From assembly GCA_963818475.1 (NCBI GenBank), contig CAWFSF010000001.1, positions 64,001 to 128,000 of the forward strand: a stretch of 64,000 nucleotides of DNA, written 5' to 3'. Shown piece by piece: positions 10,048 to 19,906 of this stretch; position 1 is the stretch's first letter, and each line of letters starts with the position of its first letter. A program made the position numbers and the translations under genes. The DNA comes from Nitrospirota bacterium (GTDB taxonomy: Bacteria; Nitrospirota; UBA9217). The notes under the pieces were generated by a model, which worked only from the letters and a program-made list of their open reading frames with translations, did not search any database and was not told the DNA's origin.

Positions 10048-11793
10048 CTAACGTCTATCGGGGGATTTATTGATTCCCCGATTTTTATTAATTACCGCAT
10101 TTAGTAAATCAAGCTGTTCCCGCGCTTCGACAAAATTAGGGTAATAGGTCAAAGCTGTCGTATAAGCGCGCACGGCTTCCTTAATACGACCCTGTTTAAC
10201 GTAAATATTTCCAAGTAACTGATACGCATAGGGAGAATTTTGCTTAAGTTGTATTGAGAAAAACAATGAACGTTCAGCATCCTCCAATCGTCCTTGTTCA
10301 TAATATATAGTCCCAAGATGATAATGAGGTAATGGAGATGCAAATGGCTCTAGTGAGACGGATGTCTCGAATTCCCTAACCGCTTCATCGTTATGATCCA
10401 GGTTGTAATATAGCAACCCCAGTTGATAATGTGGTAGGGCCTTGTTCGGGCTTTTATGGACCGTGTCTTGCCATAACGCCAACTCGGATTTCCACACGTT
10501 ATTTCTGGCAACAGTCGCAACAAATGCGCCGATAACAACCGTAATCATTATCAGTGTAATAAATCGATTTATGTGTGTGTACCTGCCCCATCGTGCTTGA
10601 ATTAATCCGAAACCACCGGCCATGGCGGTAAAAAAACCTATCGAAGGAAGATAGACCCGATGCTCAAATATGACGTCTTGAATTGGTATGATGCTTGATT
10701 CTACCGATAGTGTGATAAAAAACCAAAAAATTCCAAACGAGATCAAGCGGAACCAAAGCCTATTCAGAGGATCTCCCGCCGCTAATTCCAAGCGAGAACG
10801 AAATGCCAGATAGATGCCAACTGAAAAAATCGACAACAAAAGCAAAAACCGGGAAAAAACCTGAGGGTCAAGGAATGACGTAAAGGTAGGGTAATCGTAA
10901 TAAACGTTCTGATTCACAGGGAATATCAGCAATCTGATATAGGTCACAATGACACTAAGCTGAGTGAAAAGATAATGCTGGCGCGGCAGTGTCGTTTGGA
11001 GCCGGGATGCCTCATCCAAGGAGCGCAGCAAATTGCCTGAAGTGCCATAAATGGAAAGAAGCGCGAGCGGAATGATGAGCATGGCAAGAAAAAATGGGGT
11101 GAGATATAAAAATCTCTTATTGGGTTTCCCTTCAAAAAAAAGGAATTCGTAAGTGGCTATCACCAGCGGGAAGGTAAATGCCATTTCTTTTGTTTTCATG
11201 GAAAAAATGCTTGCGACGATAGCGATCAGATAATAAACAATAGCTTTTTTTCGCGACACGCGGCCTATCAATCTCGCCTGTACATAAGCCACGAGTGAAA
11301 GTAGGCACAATAGCGTGGCCAGTGATGTTAGTCTTTGTATAATATAGGTAACTGCCTGTGTCTGCACTGGATGGCTGACGAATAGAAGCGCAGCAAACGA
11401 CGCAGTAACAAGTCTGAGGCGCATTATAAAAGGATCGTCCGACAAGGCGAAGCCGGAGAAATACGGCGTTCTAAAGGTGAGCATCATGAGCCAGTATATC
11501 AAAATGGCATTCCCAAGGTGGATCACAAGATTAAAGACATGAAATCCGACAACAGTGAAACCGTGCAGTGAATAATTTAAAGCGAATGAGAGATAACCGA
11601 TAAAACGGTTATTTGTTCCAGCGGAATTAAATAGCAGTTGGGGATCTGATACCAATGGATTCATCAAAAGGCTCGACACATCGTCAAGCTGAAAAGGGAC
11701 GGTAAACGAGTTAGCGTATGATAAAAAGCCTATTACGACAATGAACGTCATTTGTACGAGGGGGCGGCTGAGAGAAGCTATAACTTTATTCAT
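10048..11793 (-). CDS. TMTC-like multi-TM GT-C glycosyltransferase with C-terminal TPRs
   Basis: FQLDD, GFHVFNLVIH, LFVSHPVQTQAVTYIIQR, KEMA, EHRVYLPS, RNNVW, then TPRs. Confidence 0.82.
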   Translation of the reverse strand: MNKVIASLSRPLVQMTFIVVIGFLSYANSFTVPFQLDDVSSLLMNPLVSDPQLLFNSAGTNNRFIGYLSFALNYSLHGFTVVGFHVFNLVIHLGNAILIYWLMMLTFRTPYFSGFALSDDPFIMRLRLVTASFAALLFVSHPVQTQAVTYIIQRLTSLATLLCLLSLVAYVQARLIGRVSRKKAIVYYLIAIVASIFSMKTKEMAFTFPLVIATYEFLFFEGKPNKRFLYLTPFFLAMLIIPLALLSIYGTSGNLLRSLDEASRLQTTLPRQHYLFTQLSVIVTYIRLLIFPVNQNVYYDYPTFTSFLDPQVFSRFLLLLSIFSVGIYLAFRSRLELAAGDPLNRLWFRLISFGIFWFFITLSVESSIIPIQDVIFEHRVYLPSIGFFTAMAGGFGLIQARWGRYTHINRFITLIMITVVIGAFVATVARNNVWKSELALWQDTVHKSPNKALPHYQLGLLYYNLDHNDEAVREFETSVSLEPFASPLPHYHLGTIYYEQGRLEDAERSLFFSIQLKQNSPYAYQLLGNIYVKQGRIKEAVRAYTTALTYYPNFVEAREQLDLLNAVINKNRGINKSPDRR

Positions 11794-12133
11794 TCCCGCT
11801 CATCCTCCTGCAAGGGAATCCCTGAAAATTCATACTTGTTGAAAGTGGTGCGATCATTTTGTGGGTCGCTCTGTAGGGTCCTCGTCTCGCCCTTCCTTTT
11901 ACGGTTCAAAGCAACGCAGCCATCCCGAGTTCCCAGGCTGCATGCCTTGTCCAGGAACGTATGAGTATGACAATAGCCGTGCCGGAGTTAAGAGGAACTG
12001 CATCCGATGCCAGGGGGGTTGATCTTATGGACAGTGAATCTCCGATATTTTGCGCGTGTCGTAATGAAACATTATCTCTTATTCCAGCGAATTGTGTCAA
12101 GAAAATTCAAATTTATTGAGCACTTTTAGCATA

Positions 12134-12241
12134 TCGTCGTGCCCATGTTTTTCCTCTCCGGCGCCATGTATCCGGTCTCATCCATGCCGCCTGCGCTCCG
12201 GCAGCTGCCTCATGTTAATCCGCTCACCTATGGCATCGACG
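12134..12241 (+). pseudogene. Diverged internal copy of the ABC permease segment at 4349-4458
   Basis: VVPMFFLSGAMYPVSSMPPALRQLPHVNPLTYGID; nucleotide match with many third-position changes. Confidence 0.88.
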
Positions 12242-12714
12242 AATGATATCCGGCGTTTCTTAGGTTGAAGTAACCTCTCAAGATAAGGCATTTTGCACGC
12301 CATTGCAAGAATGTAGATCGCACGACCCTGGGTTTTGTGATGAAACCTTTCTTTTAATTTGAACAAAGCTCTCCGGCTGTCGGCCCACATGGTCATAAGA
12401 ATTCTCAAAAAAAATTATCCATAGCGCCTTGACAATATCATTTTATCGGCTATATTTTGAACATAATTCTAAAGTTATAGCTTTAAACAATTGATTTATC
12501 ATTCTTTCAACAAGGCGGCGATATTTTCTTGTTATACCCGGAATATTTTACCGGAAATCGTTCATTTATCAATACGATAATGAAAACCAAAAATTTCTTG
12601 ATTCCCGCTTTAATCAGCGTGCCCGCTGTTGTGAAAAAATCTTTATGGCAAGTGGTTAATAAAGTTCCCAATAGTGCGAAATATATAGATCGTAATTCTG
12701 AAATGAGGTGTTCC

Positions 12715-12867
12715 ATGAATAAAATCTTGAATGCATTAATGGCATTGGCGTTCGTGGCAGGGGTGAGTCTGACGATAGTGCTTGGATTGGCCGCGTTTTC
12801 AAATTCTGATTCCCGACCTGCTCACAAACTAAATCCTACAACCGTGAAATGGTCCTATCAGAGATAA
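12715..12867 (+). CDS. Small single-TM hypothetical protein (50 aa)
   Basis: RBS GAGGTG, hydrophobic N-terminal helix. Confidence 0.4.
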   Translation: MNKILNALMALAFVAGVSLTIVLGLAAFSNSDSRPAHKLNPTTVKWSYQR

Positions 12868-13106
12868 CAATGTCATTATTGCTACGGCGGCCACCGAAGT
12901 CGCCGTAAAAGAAGCTTCCCGCCACATAACCATGGCATTCACCCGCAAATGCCAGAAACCCTGCTTACTGATTCCACGAAGAGTAAAAACCGTCCGACCT
13001 GAAAAACACCGCTGCAAAATTCCCTTGAGTTTTAACCGGTAAAATACTATTATGGTGCCTTGCAGCAACGGCATATTTACTTTTCCGCTATCAGAGGAGA
13101 CCATCG

Positions 13107-14138
13107 ATGTCCAGAGCAGACAGGTTTTTAAAAGCATGCAGACGCGAACCCGTTGACTGCACCCCCGTATGGATGATGCGCCAGGCAGGCAGGTATCTGC
13201 CGGAGTACCGCGAGATCCGGGCAAAGCATACCTTCCTCGAAATGTGCAAAACACCCGAGCTCGCCGCCGAGGTGACGGTCCAGCCCGTCCGGCGCTTCGA
13301 GATCGACGCAGCCATCATCTTCGCCGACATCCTGCTGCCGCTCGAACCCATGGGCATCGGCCTGGAGTTCGCCAAGGGCGAGGGACCGGTGATCCATAAC
13401 CCCGTGCGCACCATGGCGGATGTGGAGAAGCTCAAACCGATCGACTCGGCCAAATCCATCGACTACCTCATGACCGCCATCAAGATGGTGCTGAAGGAGC
13501 TGAACGGAAAGGTGCCGCTTATCGGCTTCTCGGGCGCGCCCTTCACCCTCGCCTCGTACATGATCGAAGGCGGCGGATCGCGGAACTACGAGCATGCCAA
13601 GGCCATGATGTTCGCGGAGCCGAAGGCCTGGCACAAGCTCATGGAGCATCTCACCGGCGTTATCATCAATTATATGGACGCCCAGATCGACGCAGGCGTG
13701 CAGGTCGTCCAGCTCTTCGACTCCTGGGTCGGCGCGCTCGGACCGGCCGACTACCGCGAGTTCGTGCTGCCCCACCAGAAGAACGTGATCGCCGGCATCA
13801 AGAAGACCGTGCCGCTCATCCACTTCGCCAATGGCGCAACCCACCTCCTCGAAATGGTGGCCGAGGCAGGCGGCGACGTCATCGGTCTCGACTGGCGCTG
13901 CAACCTTGACGAAGCCTGGAACCGCGTTGGGCACAACAAGGGCGTGCAGGGCAACATCGACCCCATCAGCCTCTTCGGAACAAAAGAGTTCATCCGGAAG
14001 CGCACCAAGGAGATCCTCGACCGGGCAGCAGGCAGGAACGGCCATATCATGAACCTGGGCCACGGCATCCTGCAGCAGACGCAGCTGGACCATGCTGCAG
14101 AGTTCATCAACGCGACGCATGAAATGAGCAAGCGGTAA
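13107..14138 (+). CDS. hemE: Uroporphyrinogen decarboxylase
   Basis: PVWMMRQAGRYLPEY, DAAIIFADIL, GFSGAPFTLASY, NLGHGI. Confidence 0.97.
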   Translation: MSRADRFLKACRREPVDCTPVWMMRQAGRYLPEYREIRAKHTFLEMCKTPELAAEVTVQPVRRFEIDAAIIFADILLPLEPMGIGLEFAKGEGPVIHNPVRTMADVEKLKPIDSAKSIDYLMTAIKMVLKELNGKVPLIGFSGAPFTLASYMIEGGGSRNYEHAKAMMFAEPKAWHKLMEHLTGVIINYMDAQIDAGVQVVQLFDSWVGALGPADYREFVLPHQKNVIAGIKKTVPLIHFANGATHLLEMVAEAGGDVIGLDWRCNLDEAWNRVGHNKGVQGNIDPISLFGTKEFIRKRTKEILDRAAGRNGHIMNLGHGILQQTQLDHAAEFINATHEMSKR

Positions 14139-14144
14139 AATCAT

Positions 14145-14236
14145 TTGGACACGGATAACATCTGAAAAAGCGGATTTAGACTTACGTTCATGCAGTTCCG
14201 GCTTAATCCGATTTTTTCGTGCAAATCCGTGTCCCA
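14145..14236. repeat. Empty GGACACGGAT-type inverted-repeat element between hemE and hemH
   Basis: TTGGACACGGATAACATCTGAAAAAGCGGATT ... AATCCGATTTTTTCGTGCAAATCCGTGTCC. Confidence 0.88.
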
Positions 14237-14247
14237 TTTGCATTTCT

Positions 14248-15144
14248 ATGTCGAATCACACGGCAATCATACTCATCGCCCTGGGCGGGCCGCGATCGCT
14301 CGATGAGGTCGGCCCCTTCATGGCCGCCTTCATGGGCCGGCCGGCCCCTCCTCCTGTTGTTGCGGCAGTGATCGAACGCTACAAACTGATCGGCGGCAAG
14401 TCCCCGCTGCCCGAGCTCGTTCAAGCGCAGGCCCATGCCCTGGAAAAAGAACTGGGCAGCGGCTTTCGCGCCTATGAGGGTTTCCGGTACTCGGAACCGA
14501 CCGTTGCCGAATCATTTGATAAGGCCATCACTGACGGCGCACGGCGCGTGATCGCCCTTTCCATGTCCCCCTTCTCGACCGAGGTTACGACCGGCGCGTA
14601 TAAAAGCGCCTGTGACGGATTGGGAAGCGGCGAGACCTGCCCCCTCTTCATCCCCAGCTGGCATGACAATCCCCTCTTCATCGATGCCTGGGTTGAAAAG
14701 GTCGCCGCCGGCCTCGCACTGTTCCCGGCAGCATTACGCGATTCCGTTGTCGTCATCTTCACCAGCCACAGTATCCCTGTCCGCTATATCACTGCCGGAG
14801 ATCCCTATAAGAAGCAGATCGAGGAAACGGTCGGGCTGGTCGCTGCAAAAGCGGGAATACGGGAATGGCGCATTGCATGGCAGAGCAAGGGAGCGCGCGC
14901 GACCGAGCCCTGGATCGAGCCCGAGGTGGAGCCGACCCTGGACAAACTCGCCCAGGAAGGCCACAAAGCGGTCCTTGAAGTTCCGATCGGCTTCACCTGC
15001 GATCACATGGAGACCCTGTACGATATCGACATCGTGCACCGTGCGCACGCGAAAAAGCTGGGGATCGAGTTCGAGCGGGCCGAATCGCTGAACACTTCGC
15101 CGCTCTTTATCAAAGCACTGGCGGATGTAGTGAAAACCCTTTAA
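14248..15144 (+). CDS. hemH: Ferrochelatase
   Basis: IGGKSPL, FTSHSIP, GDPY, WQS, PIGFTCDHMETLYDID. Confidence 0.95.
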   Translation: MSNHTAIILIALGGPRSLDEVGPFMAAFMGRPAPPPVVAAVIERYKLIGGKSPLPELVQAQAHALEKELGSGFRAYEGFRYSEPTVAESFDKAITDGARRVIALSMSPFSTEVTTGAYKSACDGLGSGETCPLFIPSWHDNPLFIDAWVEKVAAGLALFPAALRDSVVVIFTSHSIPVRYITAGDPYKKQIEETVGLVAAKAGIREWRIAWQSKGARATEPWIEPEVEPTLDKLAQEGHKAVLEVPIGFTCDHMETLYDIDIVHRAHAKKLGIEFERAESLNTSPLFIKALADVVKTL

Positions 15145-15148
15145 TCTT

Positions 15149-15627
15149 TTGGACACGGATTCACACGGAAGAGGCGGATTTGAATCAAGGGCTTCTCGAT
15201 CATAGTTCAAACGACCTTACTGAGCAGGTATTAAAAGCCTTCTATAAGGTATACAATACTCTCGGGTATGGTTTTCTAGAAAAAGTTTATGTCAATGCGT
15301 TAATCTTAGAACTTAAGAAAATGTCTATTAATGTAGCGCCCCAGCACCCTATTCAGGTCCATTATGATGGCAGCCTTGTTGGGGAATACTACGCCGACCT
15401 CCTGATAAAGGATTGCATCATCGTAGAAGTTAAGGCCACGAAATCTCTCGCATTCGAGAACGAAGCCCAGCTCTTGAATTATCTAAAAGCTACGAACCTC
15501 GAAGTTGGATTGCTGCTGAACTTTGGGCCAAAACCAGAAGTAAGGCGCAAACTGTTTGACAACAACAAGAAATAGAGCTTTGCTTTTTAAATTTGTATCC
15601 GATTTTTCCGTGTTAATCCGTGTCCAA
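15149..15627. mobile_element. Putative mobile cassette: GxxExxY gene enclosed by 31-bp inverted repeats
   Basis: Left arm 15149-15179 and reverse complement of right arm 15597-15627 match at 27/31 positions; same arms occur empty elsewhere. Confidence 0.7.
15180..15575 (+). CDS. GxxExxY protein (PD-(D/E)XK nuclease-like family)
   Basis: GFLEKVY motif, YADLL...IIVEVKA, EAQLLNYLKAT...GLLLNFG; visibly AT-richer than flanking hem genes. Confidence 0.93.
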   Translation: MNQGLLDHSSNDLTEQVLKAFYKVYNTLGYGFLEKVYVNALILELKKMSINVAPQHPIQVHYDGSLVGEYYADLLIKDCIIVEVKATKSLAFENEAQLLNYLKATNLEVGLLLNFGPKPEVRRKLFDNNKK

Positions 15628-15643
15628 CAAAGGGGTTGAACTC

Positions 15644-17073
15644 ATGCCAAAAATAATCATCATAGGCGGCGGCATCGCCGGTCTGGCGGCTGCGGTCCAC
15701 TTGAAGGCCGGGGCCAAGGCCTACGACAAGACCGTCGAGGTGCTGCTGCTCGAGAAGAACAACAGGATCGGCGGCAAGATCCTGACCGAAAAGATCGGCA
15801 ACTACCTCGTCGAAGGCGGGCCCGACAGCTTCCTGCCGGAAAAGGTCTGGAGCGTCAACCTTGCGCAGGCACCTCGGCCTGGAACCGGAGATGCTGCCGT
15901 CGAACGACGAGTTCAAGGGGACCTTCATCTATTCTCGGAATAAGCTCCACTCCCTGCCCGAAGGCGTGATGCTCATGGTGCCGACCATGTTCATGCCCAT
16001 GGCGAAATCGAGCCTCATCTCCTGGCCCGGCAAGATGCGCATGGGCATGGAGATCTTCATGCCGAAGCGCAGGAACACGGATGACGAAAGCCTGGCGTCC
16101 TTTGTCACGCGCCGCCTCGGACGGGAATGCCTGGAGAAGATCGCCGAGCCCCTCGTTGCCGGCATCCACACGTCGAACCCCGACAACATGAGCGTGCTCG
16201 CCACGTTCCCGCGCTTTGTCCAGATGGAGCAGAAGAGCGGCAGCCTGATCCACGGCATGATCGCCGCCATGAAGAGCCGTCCCCACGCAACGCTCAGCGG
16301 CCCTCCTCCCAAACCGGGCTCGACGAAGATGACCTATTTCATGAGCTTCAAGAACGGCATGCAGACCCTGTCGCAGGCATGCGCCGAATACATCGGCAGG
16401 GACTCGATCAGGCTCGGGCGCCGGGGTCAAGGCTGTTGAACCGAAGGGAAAAGGCTATACCGTGGTCCTCGAGAACGGCGAGAAGCTCTGGATGCCGATT
16501 ATGTCATGATCGGCGCTGCTGCCTATGATGCTGCGGAAATGGTCAAGGGCTTTGATGCGGACCTTGCCGGGCAGATGAACAAGATCGAATGGTCGTCATC
16601 AGCCACGGTCACGGTCGCATTCAAAAAAGAGGACGTGAAGGTCCCGCTCAAAGGCTTCGGCTTCATCGTCCCCCGCGTCGAAGGCAGAAGGATCAATGCC
16701 TCCACCTACAGCTCCATCAAATGGTCGTACCGCGCACCGGACGATATGGTCACGCTCCGCGTTTTCGTCGGCGGCGGACATCACGAGGAGCTGGTCCATG
16801 AGCTTGATGATGCCGGGATGACCAGGATGGTGCTCGAAGAGCTCGACGTCATCCTCGGCATCAAGGCGAATGCGCAGTTCTCGAAGGTCTACCGGTGGAA
16901 CAAAGGCATGCCCAAGTACACCGTGGGCCACCTCGACCGGATCGCAGCTGCTCGACCGCGTGCTTGCGAAGCATGCCGGGCTGCACCTGATCGGCTGCTC
17001 CTACAAGGGCATCGGCATCGGCGACTGCGTGCACGAGGCACAGATCGCTGCGGAGAGGATACTGAAGAGCTGA
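15644..17073 (+). CDS. hemG: Protoporphyrinogen/coproporphyrinogen oxidase (HemY type), frameshifted
   Basis: GGGIAGLAAA, EGGPDSF, GFGFIVP, MPKYTVGH, GIGIGDCV across four ORF pieces. Confidence 0.92.
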
Positions 17074-17078
17074 CGCGC

Positions 17079-17471
17079 ATGAACCACTTCATGGAAGTAA
17101 AGATCTACTACGAGGACACGGACTGCGGGGGCGTCGTCTACTACGCCAACTACCTCAAGTACATGGAGCGTGCCCGGACTGAATACCTTGCCAGCCGCGG
17201 CTTCGCGGTCAAAAAACTGATGGACGAGGGCACGATCTTCATGGTGCTTCGCGCCGAGATCGACTACAAATCTCCTGCGCGGTACGGCGATACGATCGTG
17301 ATCGAAACCTGGGTGCGCGATGTGACCAGGGCGACCATGGTCTTCGAACACATCATGAAACACAAGGAAACAGGACGCGTGTTCGTGCAGTGCATGGCAA
17401 AAGCCGTGTTCGTGGACGCCAGCGCCAAACCGAAGCGCCTGTCTGCCGAGTTCGTGGAAAAAGTAAAGTGA
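17079..17471 (+). CDS. YbgC/FadM-family acyl-CoA thioesterase
   Basis: YYEDTDCGGVVYYANYLKYMERARTE; the ORF-track fusion to hemG is an indel artefact. Confidence 0.9.
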   Translation: MNHFMEVKIYYEDTDCGGVVYYANYLKYMERARTEYLASRGFAVKKLMDEGTIFMVLRAEIDYKSPARYGDTIVIETWVRDVTRATMVFEHIMKHKETGRVFVQCMAKAVFVDASAKPKRLSAEFVEKVK

Positions 17472-18200
17472 CTGCAGTGACCCGCGACAGCATCTCGCTT
17501 CGCAAAGCGGGCATCGTCTACATCACCCAGCAGAAAAAAGGCGTCCGGTTCACCCTGGACAGCCTCCTCCTCGCCGACTTTTGCCGCATCAAACCGCGCG
17601 ACCGGGTCCTTGAACCCGGGGCAGGGACCGGCATCATCTCCCTGCTGCTCGCCAGGAAATTCCCCCAAGCCCGCTTCGTTGCCGATGAGGTTGAGCCGGG
17701 GGCATACGAGCTCCTGCTCCGCAATATCGAAGACAACGGACTGAGTGAGAACATCATCCCTGTTGACCGCGATATCCGCGACCTGAGCAGCTCTATCTCG
17801 CCCCATGCCTTCGATGTCATCGTTGCCAATCCCCCCTATACAAAATCCGGCGCAGGCAGAACAAGCCCCTTTCCCGACCGTCACCTTGCGCGCCAGGGCC
17901 AGACCGCGCCGATCGACCGCATGGCTCGACCTCAAGGACCTGTTAAAGAACAAAGGCAGATACTTCCTCGTCTTCCCCGCGAGCCGGGCAGCGGAGCTCC
18001 TGGCCCTTCTGCGCATGCGGGACCTGGAGCCGAAGCGCCTCCGGTTCGTTCACCCCTACCTGCACAAGCCTGCATCGCTGGTCCTGGTCGAAGCAATGAA
18101 GTCTGCAGGCATTGGCCTTGACGTGCTGCCGCCGTTGATCGTTCACGAACACGGGGGGTATACGGAAGAAGTGAGGAATATCTATGGAACGAGCGTCTAA
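17468..18200 (+). CDS. tRNA1(Val) A37 N6-methyltransferase-like protein, frameshifted
   Basis: RFTLDSLLLADF, LEPGAGTGIISL, VIVANPPY, PKRLRFVHP. Confidence 0.85.
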
Positions 18201-18214
18201 GGAGCCGGAAAGCC

Positions 18215-18322
18215 AATGCAAAATGCAAAGTGCAAATTTCAAATTGCAAGAATTGAAGTATAGCCTTAGTGTTTCGTTTTCTAAAATTTGCATTTTGCAT
18301 TTTGCATTTTGCACTTTGCAGT
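18215..18322. repeat. Inverted array of 7-bp units (TGCAAAA / TTTTGCA)
   Basis: AATGCAAAATGCAAAGTGCAAATTTCAAATTGCAA ... TTTGCATTTTGCATTTTGCATTTTGCACTTTGCA. Confidence 0.85.
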
Positions 18323-18336
18323 TTACGTCGCCAACT

Positions 18337-18804
18337 TCACGACGTTCTTTTCTTCTGCTGAAAATTCTTCTCAATGAGCCTGCGCAGGGCCGCACGCGTT
18401 TCCGCATCGTCCAGGTCCTTCACATACCCGTCGATCTGCTTCATTGTTTCGTCATCGAGCTGCACCGGAGCAGGCCGGTAGGCGGCCTCCTTCGTCTGCG
18501 GCAGTTCCACCTCGCCCAGTTTCAGGGTGATGTCCTTGATGGCGTCCCTGCCGAGCAGCTGGTTCACCTTTTCGATGATCTGCGGCTTCATGAGTGACAG
18601 CTGCTGCATCCAGGCAGGACTGTCTACGACCAGCGAAAGCTTGGTGCCGCGCACGGCGAGCGGCCGCGCATGGCGGGCAATGGCCGCTCCCACGGCCTTG
18701 TCCCACTTGCCGAATACCCGGTACTCGCTCAGTTTGCTGCCAAAGCCATAGGATCTGAGCAGTCCGTCGAGGGATGATGACAGTCTTGCGATCTTGCGTG
18801 ACAT
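18337..18804 (-). CDS. DUF721 / DciA-family protein
   Basis: WDKAVGAAIARHARP, LSLVVDSPAWMQQLSLMKPQIIEKVN. Confidence 0.85.
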   Translation of the reverse strand: MSRKIARLSSSLDGLLRSYGFGSKLSEYRVFGKWDKAVGAAIARHARPLAVRGTKLSLVVDSPAWMQQLSLMKPQIIEKVNQLLGRDAIKDITLKLGEVELPQTKEAAYRPAPVQLDDETMKQIDGYVKDLDDAETRAALRRLIEKNFQQKKRTS

Positions 18805-18909
18805 AATCCGCATAATAGCACACCAAGAGTCCTTTTGACAACAGCGGGTAAGACGGATATAATATTGAAATCATGAGTTGTGCGGGCACAATTGTGCAAA
18901 GGAGCTGAT

Positions 18910-19906
18910 ATGCCGGAATTACGAAAAGACCCGATCACCGGCCGATGGGTGATCATTTCATCGGAGCGGGGCAAACGTCCAGTGGAATTCCAGGACCAGC
19001 GCACCAAAAAACGGGGAGGGTTCTGTCCCTTTTGCGGCGGCAACGAGCGCACGACGCCGAACGAGACGCTTGCCTACCGCACCAACGGCCAGCCCAACGG
19101 GCCGGACTGGAGGCTCCGGGCCGTGCCGAACAAGTTCCCGGCGCTCCAGATCGAGGGGGGGCTGAACAAGCAGGGTGAAGGCATCTTTGACAAGATGAAC
19201 GGCATCGGCGCCCACGAAGTGATCATCGAAAGCCCGGACCATAATGCAACGCTGGCCACGCTGCCGCAGAAGGCCGTGGAAGAGGTTCTCTGGGCCTACC
19301 GCGACCGCATGGAGGACCTGAAAAAGGACACCCGGTTCCAGTACACCCTGATCTTCAAGAACGAGGGGCTGGCTGCCGGCGCCACGCTCGAACACTCCCA
19401 TTCGCAGCTCATCGCGCTGCCCATCGTCCCGATCCAGGTGCAGGAGGAGCTCGACGGATGCAGGCGGCATTACGACCTCAAGGAGCGCTGTATCTTCTGC
19501 GATATCATCAGGCAGGAAGTGCAGTCCGGCATACGCGTGGTGCTCGAGTCGCAGCGCTTCATCGCGCTTGCGCCCTATGCGCCGCGGTTCCCCTTCGAGA
19601 CCTGGATCATGCCCAAACAGCACCTCTCGTGCTATTCCTGCTCCACGAACGACGATTATCAGCGACCTGGCGGCGCTCCTGCAGGATGTGCTGCGGCGCA
19701 TCGACCGGGCATTGTCCTTTCCGCCCTACAATTACATCATCCACACCTCCCCCTTCAAGGAAGAGAACAACGACTACTACCACTGGCATATCGAGCTTAT
19801 GCCCAAGCTCAAGAACGTGGCGGGTTTCGAATGGGGATCGGGCTTCTACATCAATCCCACCCCTCCTGAGGAAGCGGCGAAGTTCCTGCGGGACATTAAA
19901 CTGTGA
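18910..19906 (+). CDS. galT: GalT-family nucleotidyltransferase, frameshifted
   Basis: [48 protein letters not shown]. Confidence 0.9.

Noticed and set aside
4620-12400. Prophage or integrase-based genomic island
   Set aside because: No integrase, phage structural genes or tRNA attachment site recognised.
16506-17471. Apparent HemY-thioesterase fusion protein
   Set aside because: Created by an indel near 16950; hemG ends at TGA 17073 in another frame and the thioesterase has its own ATG at 17079.
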